A DNA stretch of 64,000 nt from assembly GCA_040880465.1 (NCBI GenBank), contig JBBDIK010000011.1, positions 103,843 to 167,842 on the forward strand, written 5' to 3'. A program made the translations under genes and the position numbers. A model generated the notes under the pieces. The model ran no database searches. It was not told where the DNA came from and was given only the letters and a program-made list of their open reading frames with translations. Below, piece after piece: positions 41,450 to 52,207 of this stretch. Each line of letters starts with the position of its first letter. Positions within the stretch are counted from its first letter, which is position 1. Source of the stretch: Actinomycetota bacterium. Lineage in GTDB: Bacteria; Actinomycetota; UBA4738; JBBDHU01.

Positions 41450-42721
41450 CTACGGGTAGGCCGGGTACTGCGACACCAGGTCGAGCACGCGTTCGCTCAG
41501 GTTCTTCTTGATGACCTCGTCCTCGATGTTCTTTGAGGCCTCGCCGATGATGTGGCCGATCTCGGCGAGCTGATCCGGTCCCATCCCCCACGTGCAGGGA
41601 CCCGGAGACCCGACGCGGATGCCGCTCGGCTTCAGCGGTGGCGCGGGATCGAACGGAACCTGATTCTTGTTGATCGCGATCCCGATCTCGTCGCAAACAG
41701 CCTCGACGGCCGGGCCGTCCAAGCCCTCGGCGACCGTCCGGGCATCTGCCAGGACGAGGTGCGAGTCCGTACCGCCGGATACGACCCGGAAACCCTCCTC
41801 GCCCAGCGCCTCCGCCAGCGCTCGGGCCGACGCGACGACGCGGGTCGCGTACTCCTTGAACTCCGGCTGCGCCGCCTCCTTGAACGCGACGGCCTTGCCC
41901 GCGATCACGTGTTCGAGCGGTCCACCCTGGAACATCGGGAACACGGCCGAGTCGATCTTCTTCGCGTACTCCGACCGGCACAGGATGGCCGCGCCCCTGG
42001 GCCCCCGCAACGCCTTGTGCGTCGTGAACGTCACGACGTCGGCGTGAGGCACCGGGTTCGGATAGGCATCGCCGGCCACCAGGCCGATGAAGTGCGAGGC
42101 ATCGACCATGAACAGCGCACCGACCTCGTCGGCGATGGTCCGGAACGCGGCGAAGTCGATCGAGCGCGGATAGGCGGTGTAGCCCGCCATCAGGATCTTC
42201 GGCTTCTCCTTGATCGCCAGATCCCGGATGTGGTCCATGTCCAGCTGCTCGGTCTCCTTGTCGACCTCGTACTGGATGAAGTTGAACCACATGCCGGAGA
42301 AGTTGGCCGGGTGGCCATGGGTGAGGTGCCCACCTTGCGCGAGCGCCAGACCCAGAACCTTGTCGTCCGGGTTCTTGGGCTCGAGGAACGCGCCGTAGAC
42401 CGCCAGGTTCGCGACGGCACCGGAGTGCGGCTGCACGTTCGCGTGCTCGGCACCGAACAGGGACTTCGCCCGCTCGATCGCCAGGTTCTCGACCACGTCG
42501 ACGTTCGCACACCCGCCGTAGTAGCGCCGGCCGGGGTAGCCCTCGGCGTACTTGTTGGTCAACGTCGACCCGAGCGCCGCCAGTACAGACGGGCTCGCGT
42601 AGTTCTCGGACGCGATCAATCGGATCTCGTTGCGCTCGCGCTGGAGTTCGTTGTAGATCGCCTCGGCGATCTCGGGGTCGGTCGACTGCAGCGCTTCCCA
42701 GGAACCCGCGTAATCCCTCAT
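41450..42721 (-). CDS. glyA: Serine hydroxymethyltransferase
   Basis: PLP-lysine motif TTHKALRGPRG. Full-length SHMT similarity. ATG at 42721 with GAGGAGAG RBS. Confidence 0.9.
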   Translation of the reverse strand: MRDYAGSWEALQSTDPEIAEAIYNELQRERNEIRLIASENYASPSVLAALGSTLTNKYAEGYPGRRYYGGCANVDVVENLAIERAKSLFGAEHANVQPHSGAVANLAVYGAFLEPKNPDDKVLGLALAQGGHLTHGHPANFSGMWFNFIQYEVDKETEQLDMDHIRDLAIKEKPKILMAGYTAYPRSIDFAAFRTIADEVGALFMVDASHFIGLVAGDAYPNPVPHADVVTFTTHKALRGPRGAAILCRSEYAKKIDSAVFPMFQGGPLEHVIAGKAVAFKEAAQPEFKEYATRVVASARALAEALGEEGFRVVSGGTDSHLVLADARTVAEGLDGPAVEAVCDEIGIAINKNQVPFDPAPPLKPSGIRVGSPGPCTWGMGPDQLAEIGHIIGEASKNIEDEVIKKNLSERVLDLVSQYPAYP

Positions 42722-43170
42722 CACAGCTCTCCTCGTTCGATCTCGGTCAGTTGTTCCACACGGCGGACGTGCCGTCCGCCCTCGAACTCCGTCTCCAGCC
42801 AGACCTCGAGGATCTCTCGGGCCAGCTCCGGAGCCACGACGCGTGCCCCGAGACTGAGGACGTTCGAGTCGTTGTGCGATCTGGCGAACCGGGCCGTGTA
42901 CAGGTCGTTGCACAGCGCGGCGCGGACGCCCGGGACCTTGTTGGCAGACATCTGTTCGCCGTTTCCGGACCCGCCCAGAACGATACCGCGGTCGGCCTGC
43001 CCGTCGGCAACCACGTGCCCGACCTTGGCGCAATAGATGGGATAGTCCACCGACACGGTGCCCGAATCGGTGCCCTGGTCCAGGACCTCGTGGCCCAATT
43101 CGGTCAGCGCGCTCTTCATGATCTCCTTGAGGTCGAACCCCGCGTGGTCGGATCCGATCGCGACCCTCAC
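42721..43170 (-). CDS. rpiB: Ribose-5-phosphate isomerase B
   Basis: VRVAIGSDHAGFDLK N-terminus. GTG start with GGGAGGAG RBS. The stop overlaps the glyA start. Confidence 0.85.
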   Translation of the reverse strand: MRVAIGSDHAGFDLKEIMKSALTELGHEVLDQGTDSGTVSVDYPIYCAKVGHVVADGQADRGIVLGGSGNGEQMSANKVPGVRAALCNDLYTARFARSHNDSNVLSLGARVVAPELAREILEVWLETEFEGGRHVRRVEQLTEIERGEL

Positions 43171-43772
43171 GACTGCTCCTCCCCCGCCCGCGCGTCCGTC
43201 GCGACCGACGCTCCTTCGCTGTGGCCGTAGAGACCGGTCGCGAGACGCTCGGACCACTCGTCGATCTCCCAGGCGACCGCGCGGTACGTCTCCAGCGACA
43301 TCCCCAGGGGGTCCACCACATCCTCGTCCGTCGGGATCCCATGGAAACCGCTTCGGCGCAGCTCGGAGGCCGCGGCGATGCGCTCCCCCAAGGCGGTGTC
43401 CGGCGTCGCAGGTGGCAGCTCCTCTAGAACGCGGACAAGTTCCTTCAGGGTGAACACCTTCCGGCCGGCATCTGCGGTCACGACACCGGCGGCATCGCGA
43501 TGCTCGACGCACATCCCGATCACGACATCGGCCGCTGCGACGTGCCCGGGTTCGAGCCGCCGGGCCCGGTGAGCGCTGATGTCGACCTCGCGCTCGGCCG
43601 CGACCTCGACGGATTCGGGCATCGCCGGCGAACCCTCCCACCCGATCGTCCCGGTGGACGAGACCTCGGGGGCATCGGCACCGAGGCGCTCGTCGAGGCG
43701 CAGCCGGAGGAACCCCTCCGCCAGCGGCGAGCGGCAGATGTTCCCGGTACAGACGATGAGGATGGGGGTCAT
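43167..43772 (-). CDS. Low-molecular-weight protein-tyrosine phosphatase / arsenate-reductase-fold protein
   Basis: CTGNICRSP P-loop. The stop overlaps the rpiB start (GTGA). Confidence 0.8.
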   Translation of the reverse strand: MTPILIVCTGNICRSPLAEGFLRLRLDERLGADAPEVSSTGTIGWEGSPAMPESVEVAAEREVDISAHRARRLEPGHVAAADVVIGMCVEHRDAAGVVTADAGRKVFTLKELVRVLEELPPATPDTALGERIAAASELRRSGFHGIPTDEDVVDPLGMSLETYRAVAWEIDEWSERLATGLYGHSEGASVATDARAGEEQS

Positions 43773-43867
43773 GGGCAGGTCCGGTCGAACTCGGGTTCGG
43801 GTTCGGGAGTCTATCAACGGGCAGGCACGCGATGCGCAGACGCGCGACCGGCAGGACCCTGGCGACC

Positions 43868-44458
43868 TCAGGCCAGTGCGCGGGCGAGGTCGGCTTCGGT
43901 GACCGAGCCCGCGCGCAGGATCGCGAGCTCCGGTCTGGTCAGGTCGACGACCGTCGAGGCGAGCGACGGGAGAGGCTCATCCTCGCAGAGGTAGACGTCC
44001 ACGAGGTCCCCGAAGACCGCGACCAGCTCATCGCAGGTCGTCCCAACCGGGCTGCCGGAGCGGTTCGCGCTGCTGATCGCGAGCGGCCCGGTCCCCAGCG
44101 TCACCGCCCGTGCGAGCCGATGGCCCGGGATACGAAGACCGATCGTGTCGGAGTTGCCCCCGAGGGCCCAGTCGCGACTCTCCTCGGTCCGCGGCAGGAC
44201 CATCGTGAGGGCTCCCGGCCAGAAGGCGCGCGCCAGCAGTTCGGCCCGATCGTCGAAGACGGCGAGACGCAGCGCAGCGCCGGTCGTCGGCGCGAATACG
44301 GGCAGCTCGGCGTCGGATAACCTTCCCTTGGCCGCGAACAGCCGCGCCGTCGCCTCCGGATCGTCCGCCCGGGTTCCGATGCCGTAGACCGTGTCGGTCG
44401 GTAGCACGACGAGTCTGCCCGCCCGCACCGCACGGACCGCATCATCGAGTCCGCTCAT
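43868..44458 (-). CDS. tsaC: L-threonylcarbamoyladenylate synthase (YrdC/TsaC domain)
   Basis: YrdC fold motifs (VVLPTDTVYGIG). Position after prmC as in mycobacteria. Confidence 0.8.
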   Translation of the reverse strand: MSGLDDAVRAVRAGRLVVLPTDTVYGIGTRADDPEATARLFAAKGRLSDAELPVFAPTTGAALRLAVFDDRAELLARAFWPGALTMVLPRTEESRDWALGGNSDTIGLRIPGHRLARAVTLGTGPLAISSANRSGSPVGTTCDELVAVFGDLVDVYLCEDEPLPSLASTVVDLTRPELAILRAGSVTEADLARALA

Positions 44459-44465
44459 CAGCAGG

Positions 44466-45296
44466 TCATCGCCTTCGGCCGCTCACGATCCGGTCTCGTC
44501 CTGCGAGATCTTGGGTCACGACAACGTCCTCGAACGCCTCCGCGAACAACCTGGCGACGTCCGTCGCCTGATCCGCCCCGATCTCGACCACGAGCGCCGA
44601 TCTTGCCCGCAGCCAGGCCGCCGCGCCTTCGATGAGCCGCGCGTAGGCGGGCAGGCCGCCGACGAGCGCGTCCACCGGATCCGCCTTCACCTCCGGTGGC
44701 AGGTCGAGGTACTCGTCCGGCGTGACGTACGGCGGATTGCCGGCGATCAGGTCCACGCGACCAGCGAGATCCTGAGGAAGAGCTTCGAACAGGTCGCCTT
44801 CGTGGATGGTGATCTCCAGCCGCAGCCGGTCGGCGTTGTCCGCGGACAACGCGCATGCCTCCGCCGAGACGTCCGTCGCGAACACGGTGGCTTCCGGACG
44901 CTCGCTCTTGATCGCCAGGGCGATCGCGCCCGTTCCCGTCCCCACGTCGACGACGACCGGGTCGGCGATATCCTCGAGCGCCCCGAGTGCCACATCGACC
45001 AACACCTCCGTCTCGGGCCGGGGAACGAACACACCGGCACGCACCTCAAGCGTCAGCGCGCGGAACGGCTGGTCGCCCGTCAGATGCTGCACCGGAACCC
45101 CCGTGCAGCGCTGGCAGAGCGCACGCCCGTAGGAACGGGCCTCGACGGACGTTAGTGCTTCCCCGCGCGAGTAGATGCCCGCGCGGTCTGTGCCCAGCAC
45201 CTTGGTCATCAGGATCTCGGCCGAGGAACGTGCATCCTCGACCCCGTGTCGTTGGAGATACTCGGTCCCACGGGCGACGACGTCCGAGGGACGCAC
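44466..45296 (-). CDS. prmC: Release-factor glutamine N5-methyltransferase (PrmC/HemK)
   Basis: NPPY motif (GNPPYV) and SAM motif VVDVGTGTGA. GTG start. Confidence 0.85.
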   Translation of the reverse strand: MRPSDVVARGTEYLQRHGVEDARSSAEILMTKVLGTDRAGIYSRGEALTSVEARSYGRALCQRCTGVPVQHLTGDQPFRALTLEVRAGVFVPRPETEVLVDVALGALEDIADPVVVDVGTGTGAIALAIKSERPEATVFATDVSAEACALSADNADRLRLEITIHEGDLFEALPQDLAGRVDLIAGNPPYVTPDEYLDLPPEVKADPVDALVGGLPAYARLIEGAAAWLRARSALVVEIGADQATDVARLFAEAFEDVVVTQDLAGRDRIVSGRRR

Positions 45297-45297
45297 G

Positions 45298-46389
45298 TCA
45301 GTCCCCGCCGTCGCCGGCGCCGTCGCCGGCGAGCTGCTCGGCCCGCTCCGCAGCCGTGAGCGCTTCGACGAACTCCTCGATCTCGCCGTCCAAGACCGCC
45401 GGCAGCTGATGCACCGTCATCTTCAGACGGTGGTCCGTGACGCGCCCCTCGGGGAAGTTGTACGTGCGGATCTTCTCGGAACGTTCGCCCGTCCCGACCT
45501 GCGAACGCCGCACCGACGCCTCCTTCTCGTGCGCCTCCTCCTGCTCCTTTGCGAGGAGCCGGGCGCGCAGGTAGCGCATCGCCTTGTCCTTGTTCTGGAG
45601 CTGCGAGCGCTCCTCGGTACAGACGACGACGATCCCGGTCGGCTTGTGGGTGATGCGGACGGCCGAGTCGGTCGTGTTCACCGACTGGCCGCCGGGCCCG
45701 GTCCCGCGCATCACCTGGATCTCGATATCTTCACGAGGGATCTCGATCTCAACCTCTTCCGCCTCCGGGAGCACGGCAACGGTCGCGGTCGACGTGTGGA
45801 TCCGTCCCTGCGATTCAGTCGTCGGAACGCGCTGGACCCGATGGACGCCGGCCTCGTGCTTGAGTTGCGAGAAGGCCCCCTTCCCGCGGATCTCGACCAC
45901 GACCTCCTTGAACCCGCCCAGATCCGACTCCGAGGCCGAAAGCACGTCGGTCTTCCAGCGATGGCGCTCCGCGAATCTGCGGTAGAGCTCGAAGAGTTCG
46001 CCCGCCCACAGGGCCGCCTCCTGGCCTCCCGTGCCCGCCCGGATCTCCATCACGACGTCCTTGTCGTCGTTCGGGTCCTTCGGGACGAGCAGAGCCTCCA
46101 GCCGGCCCTTGAGTTCCACCGCCCGCGCGTCGGCAACCTCCGTCTCGTCGCGCGCGTAGGCAGCCAGGTCGGGATCGTCCTCCGCCGATCCCATCTCGCG
46201 CGCATCCGCGGCCTGCTGGATGGCGACCCGATACTCGCGATACGGCTCCACGATCTCGCGCAGCTCGGCGTATCGCTTACCCAGGTCCCGCATCCGGGCA
46301 GGGTCGGTCGCCGCTTCGGCTGAGGACATCTCGACCTCGAGTTCCTCGAAACGGGTCACGATCTCGTCGAGTCGCTGTTCGATACCCAT
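45298..46389 (-). CDS. prfA: Peptide chain release factor 1
   Basis: The GGQ motif (GPGGQSVN) and the PxT-type codon-recognition region. Confidence 0.9.
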   Translation of the reverse strand: MGIEQRLDEIVTRFEELEVEMSSAEAATDPARMRDLGKRYAELREIVEPYREYRVAIQQAADAREMGSAEDDPDLAAYARDETEVADARAVELKGRLEALLVPKDPNDDKDVVMEIRAGTGGQEAALWAGELFELYRRFAERHRWKTDVLSASESDLGGFKEVVVEIRGKGAFSQLKHEAGVHRVQRVPTTESQGRIHTSTATVAVLPEAEEVEIEIPREDIEIQVMRGTGPGGQSVNTTDSAVRITHKPTGIVVVCTEERSQLQNKDKAMRYLRARLLAKEQEEAHEKEASVRRSQVGTGERSEKIRTYNFPEGRVTDHRLKMTVHQLPAVLDGEIEEFVEALTAAERAEQLAGDGAGDGGD

Positions 46390-46456
46390 AGAAGGATTAT
46401 CCCGCCCCGGGGCGCAGGGCAGCAGTCAGAGGAGGAACGGGTGGATCACGACCGAG

Positions 46457-47368
46457 CTACAGAGACCAGGGGTCGTCGCGGCGTTCGTCGGTCCGTTCGG
46501 TGATCGGGTCATTGTAGGTCGGGGCATCCAGGGGAAGGGGCGGCCGCGACTCCGGAGCCGGTTCCTCCCGGGGAACCTCCGGCTCCTCAACGGTGTCTGC
46601 CTCGTCGGCCGTCTCGAGCGGCGGGATGTCCGGCAACGAGAGGTCAACGTTCTCCTGAAGGTCGGCGACGTCGGCGTCCTTCGACCACAGCTCCTCAAGC
46701 TGATCCTCGCTGAAGAACTTCCTTCCGCTGCCCGGCAGGGGGGGCAACTCGCTCATCCCTTCGGGGGGCGACGCCACTTCCCCGAGGCTGCGGGCCATCT
46801 GGAGCATCCGTTCGCGCATGTGCTCCAGCTCTCCCATCAGAGCGTCGCGACGGGAGTGCAGGCCCGAGAGCAAGCGATCGGCCTCCTCCTTGGCCTTCGT
46901 GAGTTCCAGATCGGCTTCCCCACGGATACCTTCTGCTTTCTCCTGTGCATCGATGCGGATCCGGTCGGCCTCCGCCCGAGCCTCCTGCGCCATGTCCGCA
47001 GACTGGCGCTGCGCGTTCGCCAGCAGTTCGTCGGACTTGGCCTCTGCGCTCCGCATCACGTCGGCCATCTTCTCCGCGACCGCCTTGTACGGATCCTCCT
47101 CGACCACGGGCCGCCGCTCGGCTTCCTTGGCCCGATCGAGCGCAGCCTGCATCGCCGAACGGGAATCGGATGCAGCTGCCAGGGCGGCCTGGGCTCGCGT
47201 CCGCGCCTCCTTGAGCTGCTCCTCCATGAGTTCGATCTGGTCGCCGATCTGCTTCAAGTAGTCCCGGACCTGATCGGGGTCGTAGCCGCGGCGGACCGAC
47301 GCGAATTCACGCTTGCGGATCTGGTCCGCGCTGGGGACCACCGGAAGATCGAGCTCTGTGGACGACAT
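46457..47368 (-). CDS. DivIVA-domain protein with a long coiled-coil and an acidic C-terminus
   Basis: N-terminal DivIVA motif (FASVRRGYDPDQVRDYL). GAGGAGG RBS. Confidence 0.6.
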   Translation of the reverse strand: MSSTELDLPVVPSADQIRKREFASVRRGYDPDQVRDYLKQIGDQIELMEEQLKEARTRAQAALAAASDSRSAMQAALDRAKEAERRPVVEEDPYKAVAEKMADVMRSAEAKSDELLANAQRQSADMAQEARAEADRIRIDAQEKAEGIRGEADLELTKAKEEADRLLSGLHSRRDALMGELEHMRERMLQMARSLGEVASPPEGMSELPPLPGSGRKFFSEDQLEELWSKDADVADLQENVDLSLPDIPPLETADEADTVEEPEVPREEPAPESRPPLPLDAPTYNDPITERTDERRDDPWSL

Positions 47369-47472
47369 CGGGGAAGACCTCCTCATTTCGGGGGCGCACC
47401 TGCAACTCTAGACGTGGAACACTGATTTTCAACGATTCTCGCCGATTCCGGTGTCGGAAGGTCGGCCGAGCC

Positions 47473-48477
47473 CTATGCCGAGGCAGGGGACGGACGTTCG
47501 GGCGACTTCTCCGTGCCCGGGCGCTCCGAGGCCGCCACCGGGTCGCCGAGCAGCCCTCCTTCCGGACGGTCGGTCCCCTCCCCCTCGCAGCGGAGGACTT
47601 CCTCGAACGAGGAGATAGCGATCTCGATCTGATCGCGGTCCGGGGGGCGGGTAGTGATCTTCTGGAGCCATAGCCCGGGGGCCATCAGCGCCCGCATGAC
47701 GAGCGAGCCGTGGAACTTCGCTCCCAACCGCAGCATCTCGTAGGAGACCGCGGCGATGGGGATGATCGCGATGACCCGCGAGGCGATCCGCCACCCCATC
47801 GGCAGTGGCGGGAACGCCGAGAACACCAGGATCGTGATGATCAGGATGATCAGCAGGAAGTTGGTGCCGCAGCGAACGTGCAACGTCGAGTACTCATCCA
47901 CGCGATCGGGGTCGAGCGGCGAGTCGTGTTCGTAGGCCGCGATCGTCTTGTGCTCGGCGCCGTGGTACTGGTACACGCGCCGGACCTCACCCATCAGGCC
48001 GATCGCCCATACGTAGCCGACGAGCAGCATCACGCGGAAGATCCCTTCGAGGATGTTCGCGCCGAGCCCGGTCCCGAGGAACGCCTTCTCCGCCCAACCG
48101 AACAACCACGCGGGACCGACGATGAAGACGCCGACGAACAGCGTGAGCGCGAGCGTCATCGCGAGCGCCATCCCGCCCTTGCCGAGTTGTTCCTCCTCCG
48201 GTTGCGCCTGATGCGTCGCGATGGTGAGCGCGCGGAAACCGATCGACATCGCCTGCCCAAGTGCGATCACGCCGCGCAACCCCGGCTTCGCGAGGGTCGG
48301 ATGCCGTTTGGCGACGGAGTCGATGTCGTGTGACTCGAGGTAGATCTGCTCGTCGGGCCTGCGAACGGCGACGGCCCAGTGGTCGCGGCCGCGCATCATC
48401 ACGCCCTCGATGAGAGCCTGTCCGCCGTAGAGGTGGTTCTGACGATCCGGTTCAGGCATCGGCCGGCGCGTCGGCAC
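47473..48477 (-). CDS. DUF1385-family membrane-associated protein (YqhQ-like)
   Basis: Conserved [11 protein letters not shown] motif and 4-5 TM helices. Confidence 0.7.
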   Translation of the reverse strand: MPTRRPMPEPDRQNHLYGGQALIEGVMMRGRDHWAVAVRRPDEQIYLESHDIDSVAKRHPTLAKPGLRGVIALGQAMSIGFRALTIATHQAQPEEEQLGKGGMALAMTLALTLFVGVFIVGPAWLFGWAEKAFLGTGLGANILEGIFRVMLLVGYVWAIGLMGEVRRVYQYHGAEHKTIAAYEHDSPLDPDRVDEYSTLHVRCGTNFLLIILIITILVFSAFPPLPMGWRIASRVIAIIPIAAVSYEMLRLGAKFHGSLVMRALMAPGLWLQKITTRPPDRDQIEIAISSFEEVLRCEGEGTDRPEGGLLGDPVAASERPGTEKSPERPSPASA

Positions 48478-48859
48478 CCTCGGCGGGCGCGTCCGTGGCC
48501 GTGTCGGTCGTCGGAGCGGTCGATCCGGTGGGATCCTCAGCCGCCTCCGGCGCGGGCGGCTGCGCGGCGTCGGCGGCGGCCGTAGCGGGGGCGAGAACCG
48601 GGAGCGGCGTCGCAGCCGCCCGCTTCTTGGCGGCCGCGGTACGCGCCTCGATCTCGGCCTTCTGCTTCTCGTAGCGCTTCTGGAAGCGTTCTACCCGGCC
48701 GCCGGTGTCCACCAGCTTCTGCTTGCCGGTGTAGAAGGGGTGGCAGTTCGAACAGATCTCGATGTGCAGCTCGGGAACGGTCGATCGGGTCTCGAACCGG
48801 TTCCCGCACGAGCACGTGACCGTGGTAACGACGTAGTCGGGGTGGATGTCCGTCTTCAT
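48452..48859 (-). CDS. rpmE: Ribosomal protein L31 (type A, CxxC zinc ribbon) with a ~65-aa low-complexity C-terminal extension
   Basis: CSCGN...[13 protein letters not shown]. After the canonical ~70 aa comes an A/P/T/D-rich tail. The stop overlaps the DUF1385 start region. Confidence 0.75.
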   Translation of the reverse strand: MKTDIHPDYVVTTVTCSCGNRFETRSTVPELHIEICSNCHPFYTGKQKLVDTGGRVERFQKRYEKQKAEIEARTAAAKKRAAATPLPVLAPATAAADAAQPPAPEAAEDPTGSTAPTTDTATDAPAEGADAPADA

Positions 48860-48895
48860 GTCCGTTCCTTTTCCGTTCCTTCGGTCCGGCCGCCC

Positions 48896-50575
48896 CTACG
48901 ACGGCGCCTTCGAGATCTCCTTGAGGAACTGCTCGTTCGACTTGGTCGCCCTGATCTTATCGATCAGCAGTTCAAGCGCCGCTCCCGCCTCGAGTGCGTG
49001 CAGCACCCGGCGGAGCCGCCAGACCAGCGCGAGTTCCTCGCTGGGCATCAGCAACTCTTCCTTGCGGGTACCGGACGCCTCGACGTTGATCGCGGGGAAG
49101 ATCCGCTTCTCGGAGAGCTGGCGGTCCAGGCGCAGTTCCATGTTGCCCGTCCCCTTGAACTCCTCGAAGATCCCCTCGTCCATCCGCGAACCCGTCTCGA
49201 CCAGAGCGCTCGCGATGATCGTGAGCGAGCCACCTTCCTCGATGTTCCGCGCGGCACCGAAGAACCGACGTGGCGGGTACAGCGCCGTCGAGTCGATGCC
49301 ACCGGACAGGATCTTGCCCGAAGCCGGCGCAGCCAGGTTGTACGCCCGCGCCAGCCGGGTGATCGAGTCCAGGATGATCGCGACGTCGGCACCGGTCTCG
49401 GCCAGACGCTTCGCCCGTTCGAGCACGAGTTCGGTCACCTGGATGTGTTGGTCCGGTGGCTTGTCGAAGGTCGAGTACACGACCTCGGCGGGCGTGACCG
49501 TCCGCTGCCAGTCGGTGACCTCCTCGGGCCGCTCGTCGACCAACAGGACGATGAGCTGGGTCTCAGGGCTCGACGTGATGATCCCGTTCGCGATGTTCTT
49601 GAGGACGGTGGTCTTCCCCGCCTTCGGCGGCGACACGACCATCCCGCGCTGACCCTTGCCGATGGGCGAGACCATGTCGATGATCCGACCGGTGACGTCG
49701 GTGGGGCTCGTCTCGAGGCTGAACCGCTCGCCCGGGAACAGCGGCGTCAGCTTGTCGAAGATCGGACGCTGCTGCGCCTCGTCGGGCGCCAACCCATTGA
49801 CGTTGTCGATCCGCAGGAGCGCGAAGTACTTCTCGCTGTCCTTCGGCCGCCGGACCGCACCGGTGACCGTGTCACCCTTGCGCAGCCCGAACCGACGGAC
49901 CTGCGACAGGGAGACATAGATGTCGCTCTGGCCCGGCAGGTACCCCGAGGTCCGTAGGAACCCGTACCCCTCAGGGAGGATGTCCAGGATCCCGACCTCG
50001 ACGGGGGCGTTAACGAGTTCTTCCTCACGGGCCTCCACCTCGCGCACGCGGCGTTCCTCGCGCTGACGGCGGCGGTCCTCGCGAGAGGCGCGTCCCCGAT
50101 TCCGGCCGCGGTCGCCACGGTCCCCACGGTCGCGGTTCCCCGGCTGATTCCCGCGGTCACCGCCCTGACGATCCCGATTCCCGCCGCGGTTCTGGTTCCC
50201 GCGGTCCAGGTTCCCGCGGTCCAGGCTCCCGCGATCCTGACTGTCGCCTCGGTCACGGGGCTGACCCTCCACCTTGGTGTCATCGCCGTTGTCGATGTCA
50301 TCGCCGTCGTCGGTTCCATCGCCGTCGGCCGCGTCGGCATCTTCCGACCCCTCCGGCTCCGGCCGCTTCTCCGCGCCCTTCGACTCGGCCTTCGGCTTCG
50401 CTGGGGCCCGTTTGCTGCCGTTCCCCTTGCCGTTCGCGGCGTCGACGATAGCGCCGATCAGCTCCTGCTTTCGCAGGCCGCGCGTGCCCTCCAAACCGAG
50501 GCCGTCCGCGATCTTCTGCAGTTCTGGCAAGACCTTCGCTTCGAGAGTGGACTCGTCCATCGTTCCGGCGCCCAT
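48896..50575 (-). CDS. rho: Transcription termination factor Rho with an actinobacterial-type RG/RD-rich N-terminal insertion
   Basis: Walker A GKAGKT, RNA-binding OB fold, and an RGG/RD-rich insert. ATG at 50575 with AGGAAGGAG RBS, directly after the tal stop. Confidence 0.9.
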   Translation of the reverse strand: MGAGTMDESTLEAKVLPELQKIADGLGLEGTRGLRKQELIGAIVDAANGKGNGSKRAPAKPKAESKGAEKRPEPEGSEDADAADGDGTDDGDDIDNGDDTKVEGQPRDRGDSQDRGSLDRGNLDRGNQNRGGNRDRQGGDRGNQPGNRDRGDRGDRGRNRGRASREDRRRQREERRVREVEAREEELVNAPVEVGILDILPEGYGFLRTSGYLPGQSDIYVSLSQVRRFGLRKGDTVTGAVRRPKDSEKYFALLRIDNVNGLAPDEAQQRPIFDKLTPLFPGERFSLETSPTDVTGRIIDMVSPIGKGQRGMVVSPPKAGKTTVLKNIANGIITSSPETQLIVLLVDERPEEVTDWQRTVTPAEVVYSTFDKPPDQHIQVTELVLERAKRLAETGADVAIILDSITRLARAYNLAAPASGKILSGGIDSTALYPPRRFFGAARNIEEGGSLTIIASALVETGSRMDEGIFEEFKGTGNMELRLDRQLSEKRIFPAINVEASGTRKEELLMPSEELALVWRLRRVLHALEAGAALELLIDKIRATKSNEQFLKEISKAPS

Positions 50576-50576
50576 G

Positions 50577-51239
50577 TCAGGCTCCTTCCTTGAGGTGCTG
50601 TTGCAATCCCTTCCAGTCCGCCATGAACTGGTCGATCCCACGGTCAGTCAGGGGATGTTTCACGAGCTTCGCGAACACGTCGTAGGGCATGGTCCCGATG
50701 TCGGCGCCGGCCTTCGCCGCGTCCACGACGTGCATGGGATGGCGGAGCGAAGCGGCCAGGACCTGGGTCTCGTAGCCCTGCACATGATAAATCTCGCAGA
50801 TCTCTCGCAACACCTGCATCCCGTCGGAGCCCACATCATCGAGGCGCCCCAGGAACGGGGACACGATGAACGCCCCGATCTCGGCGGCAAGGATCGCTTG
50901 GGCGGGAGAGAAGACGAGGGTCACGTTGATCTTGATGCCGTCATCGACGAGGCGCCGGCCGGCGGTCAGCCCATCGGGCGTCATCGGGACCTTCACGACG
51001 GCGTTCTCGGCTTTCTTCGCCAGCAGGAGGCCCTGCTCGTACATCTTGTCGGCCTCGAGTTCGGTGGTCTCCAAGGAGACGGGACCCCCGACCTCCTCGA
51101 GGATGACCTTCCACACCTCATCGGGATCGTGTCCTTCCCTAGCCACGAGCGTCGGGTTCGTGGTGACACCCGACAGGACGCCCCAGGCATTGATCTCACG
51201 GATCTCGTCGATGTTCGCGGTATCGAGGAACAGCTTCAT
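50577..51239 (-). CDS. tal: Transaldolase / fructose-6-phosphate aldolase (short TalC/FSA type)
   Basis: [14 protein letters not shown]-terminus and the Schiff-base Lys region. About 220 aa. Confidence 0.85.
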   Translation of the reverse strand: MKLFLDTANIDEIREINAWGVLSGVTTNPTLVAREGHDPDEVWKVILEEVGGPVSLETTELEADKMYEQGLLLAKKAENAVVKVPMTPDGLTAGRRLVDDGIKINVTLVFSPAQAILAAEIGAFIVSPFLGRLDDVGSDGMQVLREICEIYHVQGYETQVLAASLRHPMHVVDAAKAGADIGTMPYDVFAKLVKHPLTDRGIDQFMADWKGLQQHLKEGA

Positions 51240-52207
51240 GCGGTGGTTCCCTCCATGGCCGGTGGCGACGACGCGGCATCGGAAACGGCTCGTTCGGTGG
51301 CGCGATCGACGATCAGGTCGATGATCGCGGTAAGCGATTGGTCCAGGCTGTAGTTCGGGATGACGGGGACGCCGTGCTGCAGCGCCTGGCTCTTGATGTA
51401 CTTCTGCACCTTGCGGATCTTGTCGAACCCTTCGATGTAGCGCTCGGCCGGGCGTGTGGACGTGTCGAACCCGCGCGCCACGAAGTGGCTGTGGTGCACA
51501 TCCTCATCCTCCACCGTCACGACGATATGGATCGGGAGGACCCGTTCGCCCCACACATCCAGATCGACGAAACCGGGAACGGCGTGCGCACCCTCGATGA
51601 TGAGGCTCGTACCCTCAACCGCGGCGCGTTCCAAGAGCGCACGGAGGCCGACCGAGACCGCCGCGGTCTGCTCGCGGAAACCGACGATCACCCGATCACC
51701 CGGGCGGAGCGGAGCCTCACGGAGCGCACTGTCGGCATCGAACGACGACGTGTACAGCGTGGGCATCAGGGCGCGGGAGAACAACCCACGCATGACCTCG
51801 CGGATCGCATCGGTGGCGACCACGCGGACGACGCCGAGGCGCGCGGCAAGCTGCGTGGCGATCGTCGACTTCCCGACTCCGGTCGCGCCGCCGATCAGCA
51901 AGACCATCGGTACGTCGAGCCGCTCGACCTCGCGCCACCGAAGGAAGTTCTTCGCGTAGCGTTCGCCGGCGACGTCGCGCAGGACCCCGACAGCGAGTTC
52001 GCTCAGCTCGTCGGAGGTGATGACCGCGACGCTGAGTTCGTGCAGCTTCTCTTCGATCGCCTCGGCCACCTGGTAGGAACGGAACGGGGAAAGGCCCGTC
52101 ACCATCATCCGGGACGCCATCAAGCCCTTCGAATAAGGCAACGAGGATTGCCCACCGGCCGACCCATCGGCGACCAGGACCTGTGAGCCGGAGCTGGGCG
52201 CCGTCAT
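51236..52207 (-). CDS. 2-phosphoglycerate kinase-like P-loop kinase
   Basis: Walker A LLIGGATGVGKSTIATQLAARLG, typical of the 2PGK family. Start overlaps the upstream stop (ATGA) and stop overlaps the tal start (ATGA). Confidence 0.55.
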   Translation of the reverse strand: MTAPSSGSQVLVADGSAGGQSSLPYSKGLMASRMMVTGLSPFRSYQVAEAIEEKLHELSVAVITSDELSELAVGVLRDVAGERYAKNFLRWREVERLDVPMVLLIGGATGVGKSTIATQLAARLGVVRVVATDAIREVMRGLFSRALMPTLYTSSFDADSALREAPLRPGDRVIVGFREQTAAVSVGLRALLERAAVEGTSLIIEGAHAVPGFVDLDVWGERVLPIHIVVTVEDEDVHHSHFVARGFDTSTRPAERYIEGFDKIRKVQKYIKSQALQHGVPVIPNYSLDQSLTAIIDLIVDRATERAVSDAASSPPAMEGTTA

